Shown here one piece after another: positions 27,513 to 35,881 of a stretch of DNA of 64,000 bases. Where the stretch lies: positions 52,055 to 116,054 of the forward strand of contig MHAY01000060.1 in NCBI GenBank assembly GCA_001804705.1, written 5' to 3'. The notes beneath the pieces are model-generated. The model was given only the letters and a program-made list of their open reading frames with translations, made no database searches and was not told the origin of the DNA. Both the position numbers and the translations under genes were made by a program. How positions within the stretch are numbered: the first letter of the stretch is position 1; each line of letters starts with the position of its first letter. Source of the DNA: Ignavibacteria bacterium RIFOXYC2_FULL_35_21 (GTDB lineage Bacteria > Bacteroidota > Ignavibacteria > Kapaibacteriales > UBA2268).

Positions 27513-28451
27513 TTATGAATCTAAATTTATTTGCCATGTTAACATAATGCCAAAAGAATATGAGTTAGTCAATTGTTTGCCATTATAATATTTATAAAAA
27601 GGATAATCATAATTACAGGAAATATAAAAATTATCAATTTTATAACTAAGCTGTGGAGAGGCAACAAATACTAAACCACCCGAGTCTTCAATAATACTTC
27701 CGTTATATCTGTCTTTACCTCTATACTCATTTCTCAATTCTAAAATGCCGACAAGGTTATTGAAAATAGATTTTGATATATAGAACGAAGAGAAAATTGA
27801 ATAACCGTATAAATAATCGTGTTTGTTAATGGCATTGATTTCAGCCCTGTTTATCAGGAACAAATGCAAACCTTCGTTCTTAAATCCTTTGTGTAAAAAA
27901 GAGTGGAATAAAATCCCATAAGCACCGGTTGAAGGTAAAATATTCTGTGGTACGTTAGCTTCACTAAAGTTAACAGGCACTCTGGCGCCAATACCTGCCG
28001 TATATTCAAGCTCTTTTACCCTGCTGTTATACAGATTGTATTTAACAGATGTATTGAGATGTGAAAACCCCGAACTTTCTAATTTATAATAATAATAATC
28101 CTGCATTTTTTGGAGGAAATAACCCGACTCTAATTCCAAAGTTAAATCTTCTGTTAAGCCATAGCCGGTATTGAATCCGATATAATTAAATTTATATTCT
28201 TTTACTAATCCCGGTTCGGTTATGATGTCACCTGAATAGTATTTATTGCCATAACCATTCATAAAAAATACTGATGTCCGAAGATTGTTTTCTTTCAGAA
28301 CTCCCAGATTTGCCGAACCACCTAATGGTGTCAGACCACCCACTGCAGCACCTCCCATACATCCACACTGTGAATATAGGCTGTAACCGCATAAAAATAT
28401 AATTGTAATAAAAACACTAATTTTCATCATTATACTCTTCAATAATTTCAA
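27513..28451 (-). CDS. Predicted outer-membrane beta-barrel protein with an N-terminal QCGCMGG motif
   Basis: Signal peptide (..GYSLYS), then CGC directly after the predicted cleavage site. The rest has Tyr/Gly/Asn-rich alternating strands. Family unknown. The start may be M8/M9. Confidence 0.45.
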   Translation of the reverse strand: MKLLKSIMMKISVFITIIFLCGYSLYSQCGCMGGAAVGGLTPLGGSANLGVLKENNLRTSVFFMNGYGNKYYSGDIITEPGLVKEYKFNYIGFNTGYGLTEDLTLELESGYFLQKMQDYYYYKLESSGFSHLNTSVKYNLYNSRVKELEYTAGIGARVPVNFSEANVPQNILPSTGAYGILFHSFLHKGFKNEGLHLFLINRAEINAINKHDYLYGYSIFSSFYISKSIFNNLVGILELRNEYRGKDRYNGSIIEDSGGLVFVASPQLSYKIDNFYISCNYDYPFYKYYNGKQLTNSYSFGIMLTWQINLDS

Positions 28452-28920
28452 TCATATAATCTAGCCATTCATAATCAGGATTTACAATAGTCCCAACGAT
28501 TTTGTCCCGGTGCAATATAAATAAGCATGGAGTAGTAGGAATTTCGAATCTTTTATAGTATCCGCTCGGTTCTTGCATATTATGGTCAATTCCATATAAA
28601 GCAGTTTTATTGCTATCAATCTGTGCCGATTCAAAAATATTAAATATTATTGGCAAGTTTTCTTTGCAATCATCGCAAAAAGAAGTTGCAAATACAACGA
28701 AAGTATATTCGCCATCTTTTATATGTTCTTTTAATTTTAGTATTTTTTTATCGGATGAATTATAAAAATTAACATTAATATCCCATCCACTCTTTGTTCT
28801 CCATTCCATCCAAGAGGTTTTACCTAAAATTATTGGTTCTTCAATTTTTTGTGTTTTCTGTAAATTTGAACAAGATATACAAATAATGAAAATGATTAAT
28901 ATTAAAATAGTTCTCTTCAT
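28417..28920 (-). CDS. TlpA-like thioredoxin-fold lipoprotein (CDDC active site)
   Basis: Lipobox IICISC, then FVVFATSFCDDCKENLP. Start moved to M10 (28920), adjacent to the arsM stop. Confidence 0.7.
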   Translation of the reverse strand: MKRTILILIIFIICISCSNLQKTQKIEEPIILGKTSWMEWRTKSGWDINVNFYNSSDKKILKLKEHIKDGEYTFVVFATSFCDDCKENLPIIFNIFESAQIDSNKTALYGIDHNMQEPSGYYKRFEIPTTPCLFILHRDKIVGTIVNPDYEWLDYMIEIIEEYNDEN

Positions 28921-28921
28921 T

Positions 28922-29737
28922 TTAATTAATATTTTTTTCTGCAACAACTGTTATGCTGACAATGGGATTTAGATTCTTCCTGAACTCATCAATTTCGTTC
29001 AAATCCAGATAATTCATCAATACGCTCGATGGAATTTTAATATTTTTTTCTTTAACAATCTGAATATTTGAGAAGCCTGATGATTTTATAATATCCATAT
29101 ATTCATTTTTTTGCATTGCTCCTGCTACACATCCTGCATACATTTCTGCGGCTGACTGTAATTTCTCAGGTAGAACGGCATTCAGTACAATATCAGAGAT
29201 GCAAAACCTTCCGCCACTTTTGAGTACTCTGAATATTTCCGAAAAAGCCTTTTCCTTGTTCGGAACAAGATTAAGAACACAGTTGCTGATTATTAAATCT
29301 ATTGTATTGTTATCAACCGGTAAATTTTCTATTTCTCCAAGCCTGAACTCGACATTATCATAATTTAGTTTTTTGCAATTTTCGCGAGCTTTGTCAAGCA
29401 TATCCTGAGTCATATCAACTCCTATTACTCTGCCAGTTTCCCCAACATATCTTCTTGCTATGAATACATCGTTTCCTGCGCCGGAACCTAAATCGAGAAC
29501 TGTTTCACCATTTTGAATTTTAGCAAACTCTGTTGGCAAACCGCATCCCAAGCCTAAATCAGCTTCGTTAAAATATCCATCAATTCCTTTATAATCGTCA
29601 CTCATAACCGTATAATCTATAGTATAGGGACCACATCCGCAGCAACATCCTGACTCTGAATTTTGCTTATCAGCTTCTCTTGCAATTTGTCCGTATTTTT
29701 CTTTTACAATTTCCTTTATTTCATCATCTGTTCTCAT
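28922..29737 (-). CDS. arsM: Arsenite S-adenosylmethionine methyltransferase
   Basis: N-terminal VKEKYGQIA, a Cys cluster SGCCCGCG, the SAM motif VLDLGSGAGNDVF, and conserved downstream Cys (SNCVLNL, YAGCVAGA). Confidence 0.9.
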   Translation of the reverse strand: MRTDDEIKEIVKEKYGQIAREADKQNSESGCCCGCGPYTIDYTVMSDDYKGIDGYFNEADLGLGCGLPTEFAKIQNGETVLDLGSGAGNDVFIARRYVGETGRVIGVDMTQDMLDKARENCKKLNYDNVEFRLGEIENLPVDNNTIDLIISNCVLNLVPNKEKAFSEIFRVLKSGGRFCISDIVLNAVLPEKLQSAAEMYAGCVAGAMQKNEYMDIIKSSGFSNIQIVKEKNIKIPSSVLMNYLDLNEIDEFRKNLNPIVSITVVAEKNIN

Positions 29738-30159
29738 TTGCCACCTATTATATAATGTTTATAAAAATTATTAAATTCTTTCATAATTAAATCTCTAACT
29801 TCCCTATACTTATTCAGAGTATCTTCTTCATTTCCTTTAAATGAATAGGGGTCTTCAAATCCTATGTGCAATCTTTGTTTAACATTTCCTGTGAATATAG
29901 GGCATGTCTCTTTAGCATTATCACATACTGTAATTACATAATCAAAATTTTCATTAACATATTGTTCAACTGATTCAGGATATTGTTTACTTATATCAAT
30001 TCCAATTTCATTCATAACTTGGACAGCTTTTGAGTTTATTCTTGATGCAGGTTCTGTTCCTGCAGAGAAAACATCAAGAGTGTTATCGATTGATTTCAGA
30101 AATCCTTCTGCCATTTGACTGCGGCAAGAGTTGCCTGTACATAAAATTAGTATCTTCAT
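29734..30159 (-). CDS. arsC: Arsenate reductase, LMW-PTPase / thioredoxin-coupled type
   Basis: P-loop LCTGNSCRSQMAEG plus the Cys pair in VCDNAKETCP. Confidence 0.9.
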   Translation of the reverse strand: MKILILCTGNSCRSQMAEGFLKSIDNTLDVFSAGTEPASRINSKAVQVMNEIGIDISKQYPESVEQYVNENFDYVITVCDNAKETCPIFTGNVKQRLHIGFEDPYSFKGNEEDTLNKYREVRDLIMKEFNNFYKHYIIGGK

Positions 30160-30194
30160 ATCATATTATATTAATTAAGTAAAATTGTTATTTA

Positions 30195-30223
30195 GATTCT
30201 GAACCAAGTTCAGAATGACAATC
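30195..30223. repeat. Short palindromic repeat, family B copy (GATTCTGAAC-caa-GTTCAGAATGACAATC)
   Basis: A 10-bp stem hairpin in the 77-nt arsR-arsC spacer. Related copies are at 40779-40804 (inverted) and 41023-41052. Confidence 0.6.
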
Positions 30224-30236
30224 AGTTTTGATTTAT

Positions 30237-30581
30237 TTAAATATTACAAATCTTGTTTCTATCTACAATTTCGAGTTTCCGTTTATCGGCTTTTATTCTT
30301 GCTTCATCATTAAACCATTCAGGCAGTAGCTTCATTAGTTTCCTGACCTGGAGATTTTCAGCTTTGTCATTTAGTTTGTAATCAACCCACTTGCCGTTCT
30401 TTTCATCGAGTATAAATCCGGCTTCCCGTAATAGGGAAAGGTGCTTCGATACAGTTGAATTTGCAAGGTTCAGAACTGCCCTTATTTCGCAAACACACAT
30501 TGGGCTGTCTTCGAGCATCTTAAGAATGCGAAGCCTGTTTGAATCCGATAAAGCTTTAAATATTTTAACATAATTTCTCAT
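30237..30581 (-). CDS. arsR: ArsR/SmtB family metalloregulator (CVC As(III) site), first copy
   Basis: RILKMLEDSPMCVCEIRAVLNLANSTVSKHLSLLREAGFI. Confidence 0.9.
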   Translation of the reverse strand: MRNYVKIFKALSDSNRLRILKMLEDSPMCVCEIRAVLNLANSTVSKHLSLLREAGFILDEKNGKWVDYKLNDKAENLQVRKLMKLLPEWFNDEARIKADKRKLEIVDRNKICNI

Positions 30582-30596
30582 ATTTTCACTTTCTCA

Positions 30597-30616
30597 TTTC
30601 GTTATTTGACGAAATA
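30597..30616. promoter_or_regulatory. Candidate ArsR operator: perfect 7-bp inverted repeat
   Basis: ATTTCGT-tatttg-ACGAAAT, 16-35 nt upstream of the arsR start codon (30581). Confidence 0.4.
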
Positions 30617-30684
30617 TAAAAATAAATGTTTCAATAAAAAAATTATTTTTGAATTATATTGAAATTTGATTTTGTGTTATTATT

Positions 30685-31359
30685 TCAAACACCTCTTTTA
30701 TTCGGTTCCCAGATGTATTTATGGATTTGAAGTTGAAGCCGGGCAGGTATTCCGCTTTTGAGAAGCCATTTTGCGAGTGTATCGGGTTCAACAATGTTGA
30801 ATGCAGGCGAGAATAAAATATTTTCAGTTATTTTGAATAATTGATATTTTTCAATTATAACCACAGCCCAGTCAAAATCAGATTTATCGGCGATAACAAA
30901 TTTAATCTCATCTTTTTTGGTAATGTATTTTAAATTTTCAAATTTATTCAATTTGGCCATACCAGAAGCAGGGCATTTCAAGTCCATAATTTTTATTACC
31001 CTACTGTCAACATTTGAAATATCAACTGCACCACTTGTTTCAAGTGCAACAGAGTATTTTTGTGTACATAAAATTTTCATCAAATAAATTACATTTTCCT
31101 GGTGTAAAGGTTCTCCGCCTGTGATTTGAATGAAATTGCAATTGTAGGATTTTATGATTTTCATAATTTTCTCAATTTCCATTGAATTTCCTTCACCTTT
31201 AAATTTTAAAGCATAAGGAGTATCGCACCATTTGCACCTTAGCTTACAGCCTTGCAAACGAACAAACACACAGGGTAAACCTGCTCTTGTTCCTTCCCCC
31301 TGTATTGAGTAAAATATTTCTGATATATTTAGTTCTAATTTTTTATTATTCAAGCTCAT
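30685..31359 (-). CDS. queE: 7-carboxy-7-deazaguanine synthase (radical SAM)
   Basis: EIFYSIQGEG, CVFVRLQGCKLRCKWCDTPY and ITGGEPL. Confidence 0.85.
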   Translation of the reverse strand: MSLNNKKLELNISEIFYSIQGEGTRAGLPCVFVRLQGCKLRCKWCDTPYALKFKGEGNSMEIEKIMKIIKSYNCNFIQITGGEPLHQENVIYLMKILCTQKYSVALETSGAVDISNVDSRVIKIMDLKCPASGMAKLNKFENLKYITKKDEIKFVIADKSDFDWAVVIIEKYQLFKITENILFSPAFNIVEPDTLAKWLLKSGIPARLQLQIHKYIWEPNKRGV

Positions 31360-31489
31360 ATAAAATCTTTTATGACAGTATTAAAATGTTGTTTAGGATT
31401 ATTATTCAAATTATAAAATCATTCAAAATAAGTTAAAAATTTATTATATTTATATAAATTGTAAAGAGTTAATTAAATAATAAAATAGA

Positions 31490-34264
31490 ATGAAAAGAAA
31501 ATTACTAATTTTTTCAATTCTAATAACATTATTATCATCTGTTTTTCTTATATATTATATAAAGAATAACAGGTCTGAATATTATTTAAATGGAGAAAAT
31601 CTTTATAATATAAGGTTATCTAAGGCAGAACGCGCCTTTTTCCATGCGGATTATGAATTTATGAAAATCCGTAATCCTTTTACTAATTCCATACCTGAAA
31701 ATGCAAGGCAAAGGGAACTTGAATTTACTAAAAATATCCCAACCAGAGAATCAGTTGGAAATAATAAAAGTAATTCATTGCTTTCTCAAAACTGGGTATC
31801 CATGGGTCCAAATAATGTTTCAGGAAGAATGCTTGCAATTGAATTTGATATAAATAATGAAAATATCATACATGCAGGTAGTGCTTCAGGAGGGATATGG
31901 AAATCAATTGACAAAGGAATGTCATGGGTTAAAACAAGTTCCCCGGGAGAAACTCAAAGTGTAACTTGTATAGCTCAAGATACCAGAATTGGGAAAAACA
32001 ATATTTGGTTTTACGGAACAGGGGAATTGCTAAGTACAACCGATAGGAGGATAACTACATCAATCAGAACAATAGGTTTGGGAAACGGTATTTATAAATC
32101 AACTGATAACGGTTCGACATGGCAACCTTTATCTTCAACTCAAAGTGCGATTTCAGGAAAATTGAGCGAGGTATTCCAGGGTGTATGGAATATCAAAGTA
32201 GATGCGACTCGGAATAATGAAGATATTATATATGCAGCTTGTTATGGTGCAATTATGAGGAGTAGTGATACCGGTCTTTCATGGTCTAAAGTGCTTGGTG
32301 ATTTAGATAAAAAATCATTTTCAACAGATATTGCAATATTAACAAATGGAGTCATGTATGCAGCCTTAAGTTCATTTACAACATCAGGAAAGAGGCCAAA
32401 AGAAACCGGTATCTGGAAATCAACAAATGGTATTGATTGGATTAATATCACTCCAACTAATTTTCCAAATGATACCAGGATAATCAAACTTGCCCTTGCT
32501 CCATCGAATCAGAATATATTATATGTGGTTACTGAAGTGCCTCAGTATTCCAAATCGGTTCAGGCATTTTATCCTTCATACCACGGATTTTGGAAATACA
32601 CAGATAATCCATCAACCGGACAAGGGACCTGGGATAAGAGGACTTACTATCTACCCGGTAAAGGAACGGATAATTATGATAATAATAGCTTGAATTCGTT
32701 GGGGGGATATGCTCTTGTTATTAAAGTTAAACCGGATGATGAAAATGTTGTTTTTCTCGGAGGTACCAGCCTTTTCAGAACTACAAACGGATTCATTGAC
32801 TCAACTACGAATTTAAATATTGGTGGTTACCCCTATTATTGGACTGATAAAGAACTACACCCTGATATGCATGGAATGGCTTTTCTCCCATCAAATCCGA
32901 ACATATTATTTATATCAAATGACGGTGGGATTCAGGTTACAGATAATTGTTTAAGTAATAATGTTGAATGGAGATATTTAACCAATGGATTAATTACAAC
33001 TCAATTTTATTCAATAGCAATGGACCATAGCGGATATCAAGACGGACTATTATTCGGTGGTTTGCAGGATAATGCATCACAGGTTATGAATTCCGAAGAC
33101 CCTTATCGGCCATGGAAAACTGTTTATGGAGGGGATGGAATGTCAACAGCTATTGTGAACAATGGAGATTTTCTGATTGGTTCGATTTATTATGGTTCCA
33201 TATTTACAACTGATAAAGAAGGTAATAACTTTGTATATCAAAAACCATGGTTTTTAAACTGGTCTGATTTTTCATTTTATACTTATTTTACTCTCGATGC
33301 GGATAATTCCAAAACCCTATATTTAGCCGCTAAAAATAATATCTGGAGGAAAGATGATATTACAATATCAGCTTTTGATACAAGTAAGGTTAATATAGGA
33401 TGGGAAGAAATTTCAAAAAATAAAATAAGTTCATCAGCCTATATCACTGCACTCGAAGCAGACTCCTCAAGATTATATATTGGTACGAGTAATGGTAAAG
33501 TTTATAGATTAGATGAACCCGGGGGTAACAATAATTCACCATTTGAAATAACCGGAAAAGAATTTCCCTTTAATGGATTTGTCTCTTGTATCGAAATGGA
33601 CCCTGATGATTCAGATAAAGCATTTGTTGTTTTTTCAAACTATAGTGTATTAAGTATTTTTTATACAACAGACGGAGGTGTAAGCTGGACAAAACAGGGT
33701 GGGAACCTTGAAGGGAATCCTATAACAGGTACCTTGGGGCCATCAGTCAGGTATGTTAAAATCCTCAGATACCATGGTTCTACTATTTATTTTGCGGGTA
33801 CAAGTACCGGACTATATTCTACAACAGAACTTGCCGGTTCTAATACTGTTTGGGTGAAAGAAGCTGCTAATTCTATAGGCAATGTTATTGTTGATTATAT
33901 TGATGCCAGAAGCAGTGACGGATTGGTAGCAGTTGCAACCCAGGGTAGCGGGATTTATACGGCTTATTTTTCTACAACCGGAAAAAATAATCAGGACGAA
34001 GAAAATTACTTTTCTTTAAATCAGAATTATCCTAATCCGGCAAATGATTATACTGATATAAAATTTTCTCTAAATGAAGATGGATTTACACAAATTAAAC
34101 TTTATGATTTGAACGGAAATTATAAAAAACATGTTATCAGTTCATTTTTGTCAAGTGGAAATCATAGTATAAAACTAAATGTGTCGAATCTGGAAGCTGG
34201 TACATATTATTATACTCTTGAATCGGGTAATAAAAAACAAACAAGAAAAATGATTGTTCTTTAA
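31490..34264 (+). CDS. Secreted BNR/Asp-box repeat beta-propeller protein (sortilin-Vps10/GH74-like) with a T9SS C-terminal sorting domain
   Basis: N-terminal signal/anchor. Repeated S-x-D-x-G-x-T/S-W motifs (SIDKGMSW, STDNGSTW, SSDTGLSW, TTDGGVSW). The C-terminus YPNPANDYTDIKFSL...GTYYYTLESGNKKQTRKMIVL is the T9SS type. Confidence 0.75.
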   Translation: MKRKLLIFSILITLLSSVFLIYYIKNNRSEYYLNGENLYNIRLSKAERAFFHADYEFMKIRNPFTNSIPENARQRELEFTKNIPTRESVGNNKSNSLLSQNWVSMGPNNVSGRMLAIEFDINNENIIHAGSASGGIWKSIDKGMSWVKTSSPGETQSVTCIAQDTRIGKNNIWFYGTGELLSTTDRRITTSIRTIGLGNGIYKSTDNGSTWQPLSSTQSAISGKLSEVFQGVWNIKVDATRNNEDIIYAACYGAIMRSSDTGLSWSKVLGDLDKKSFSTDIAILTNGVMYAALSSFTTSGKRPKETGIWKSTNGIDWINITPTNFPNDTRIIKLALAPSNQNILYVVTEVPQYSKSVQAFYPSYHGFWKYTDNPSTGQGTWDKRTYYLPGKGTDNYDNNSLNSLGGYALVIKVKPDDENVVFLGGTSLFRTTNGFIDSTTNLNIGGYPYYWTDKELHPDMHGMAFLPSNPNILFISNDGGIQVTDNCLSNNVEWRYLTNGLITTQFYSIAMDHSGYQDGLLFGGLQDNASQVMNSEDPYRPWKTVYGGDGMSTAIVNNGDFLIGSIYYGSIFTTDKEGNNFVYQKPWFLNWSDFSFYTYFTLDADNSKTLYLAAKNNIWRKDDITISAFDTSKVNIGWEEISKNKISSSAYITALEADSSRLYIGTSNGKVYRLDEPGGNNNSPFEITGKEFPFNGFVSCIEMDPDDSDKAFVVFSNYSVLSIFYTTDGGVSWTKQGGNLEGNPITGTLGPSVRYVKILRYHGSTIYFAGTSTGLYSTTELAGSNTVWVKEAANSIGNVIVDYIDARSSDGLVAVATQGSGIYTAYFSTTGKNNQDEENYFSLNQNYPNPANDYTDIKFSLNEDGFTQIKLYDLNGNYKKHVISSFLSSGNHSIKLNVSNLEAGTYYYTLESGNKKQTRKMIVL

Positions 34265-34277
34265 TAGTAAAAATAAT

Positions 34278-35204
34278 ATGAGAACATTATCTTTATTTTT
34301 TAGTGCAGACAGAACCTACCTTGCAGTCATAGAAGAATTCAAAAAAGGTTTGAGGTTAATTCACGTTAATTCAACCGGGCAGAGGATTGATTTATTTAAT
34401 GCTAAGGAAGAACTATTAAAAGTTGGTATCGATGAATTTAATAGTCTATTGAAATTTCTGCCAGAAAAAATCGAACAGCTTGTTATTACTCTTCCTGCCG
34501 AGCACGTACTTGTCTCTAAATTTCCCGGGAATGAGAATATTTCGATGAGTGATTTAAGGAAACTCGTTGAATTGGAAATCAAACAGAATTTTCCACAGTT
34601 CAATTATCAGGATTTTACTTCGACCGTAGTTCCGATTTTACCGGGAATGGATAAGAAACAAATGCTGATGGGAATCATTATTCCTAAAGATATTTATGCA
34701 ACCTGCAAAAAACTTCTTGAGCCTTTTGAGTTGCCAATAAAGCATGTTGAAATCAGCCAGCTTAACACACATTCTGCGTTTATTTATAATTATCCCGAAC
34801 ATTCGGATAAAGCTGTAGCTTTTTTTGGAATTAAAAAGAGATTTATTGATATTAGTGTGATAAAAGACAGAAAACCACTATACTATAATCTTGTTTCTTA
34901 CAAAGACCATGAGTCAATCTGTGATATATGCCATTCCGAATTTACAAGGATTGTTTCCGAATATATTGAGAAAATAGATTATGCATATTTTTTCGGATAT
35001 TCTTTGACAAAGGAAATACTTGATAAAGCAAAACAGGAACTTTCGTCAAGTGTCGAACATGTCGGCAGATTGAATGCCTTTAGGATGATGACCGCTAATA
35101 TCAGTGAAAGAGAGAGATATTACTGTTCACGGACTGCCCATATATATCCTCCTTGTATAGGAGCCTGCATACCTTCTTTTCATAAAAGGATTAAACTCGT
35201 ATAA
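34278..35204 (+). CDS. Hypothetical protein
   Basis: ORF with an ATG at 34278 (the track starts at a TTG at 34254). The stop overlaps the rsmD start (TAATG). No motif recognised. Confidence 0.45.
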   Translation: MRTLSLFFSADRTYLAVIEEFKKGLRLIHVNSTGQRIDLFNAKEELLKVGIDEFNSLLKFLPEKIEQLVITLPAEHVLVSKFPGNENISMSDLRKLVELEIKQNFPQFNYQDFTSTVVPILPGMDKKQMLMGIIIPKDIYATCKKLLEPFELPIKHVEISQLNTHSAFIYNYPEHSDKAVAFFGIKKRFIDISVIKDRKPLYYNLVSYKDHESICDICHSEFTRIVSEYIEKIDYAYFFGYSLTKEILDKAKQELSSSVEHVGRLNAFRMMTANISERERYYCSRTAHIYPPCIGACIPSFHKRIKLV

Positions 35205-35767
35205 TGCGTATAATAACAGGATATCTAAAGGGAAGGCTCATTAAAGAAAATGTTCCTTCATTTATCAGGCCAACAACCGATAAGGTGAGAGAAGCAATTT
35301 TTAATATTCTCGATAATTATTTTGTATATGAAGATTTGTTTGTTGCAGATATTTGTGCCGGGACCGGTATGCTGGGATTTGAAGCCCTTAGCAGAGGTTG
35401 TAAAAATTGTTTCTTTGTGGATAAGGACATTCATTCAATTCGGTTTATAAATTCATTAGCCGAGACATTTAAAATAAGTAAAGAAAAATATTCTATACAA
35501 AAAAGTGATGCTCTTAAATTTTTGGAATCCTGTATAAAAACTAAACCTGAATTAAAATTCGATTTGATATTTACCGACCCACCTTATAAAGCGAATTTTT
35601 TGAATCAGATGGTAAGAATAATTTATGATGGGAATCTTTTAAAATCCGGCGGAATTTTTGTTGCCGAACATGATGATACTGAAATAATTTTAGTTCCAAT
35701 GGATTGGAATAAAATTGTAGATAAAAATTATGGAAATACAAGGATTGAGATGTATAGGATGGGATGA
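35204..35767 (+). CDS. rsmD: 16S rRNA (guanine966-N2)-methyltransferase
   Basis: MRIITG..KGR, RPTTDKVREAIFNIL and the DPPY motif (LIFTDPPY). Confidence 0.85.
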   Translation: MRIITGYLKGRLIKENVPSFIRPTTDKVREAIFNILDNYFVYEDLFVADICAGTGMLGFEALSRGCKNCFFVDKDIHSIRFINSLAETFKISKEKYSIQKSDALKFLESCIKTKPELKFDLIFTDPPYKANFLNQMVRIIYDGNLLKSGGIFVAEHDDTEIILVPMDWNKIVDKNYGNTRIEMYRMG

Positions 35768-35835
35768 ATTTTTGTTTTAAGGCCACATTGAAAAATGGAA
35801 AGCCAAAGAAAAAAAACTATAATAACACACACCCT

Positions 35836-35855
35836 ACCCCCTCTTGATAGAGGGG
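35836..35855. terminator. Hairpin between the convergent rsmD and ALDH genes; a member of palindromic repeat family A
   Basis: CCCCCTCT-tgat-AGAGGGGG (8-bp GC-rich stem), preceded by ACCCTA. Confidence 0.55.
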
Positions 35856-35881
35856 GAATCAGAGCAAGGTTTAAATCAAAA

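Noticed and set aside
31360-31489. A preQ1-type riboswitch upstream of queE.
   Set aside because: I could not find the conserved hairpin plus A-rich tail. The spacer is simply an AT-rich divergent promoter region.
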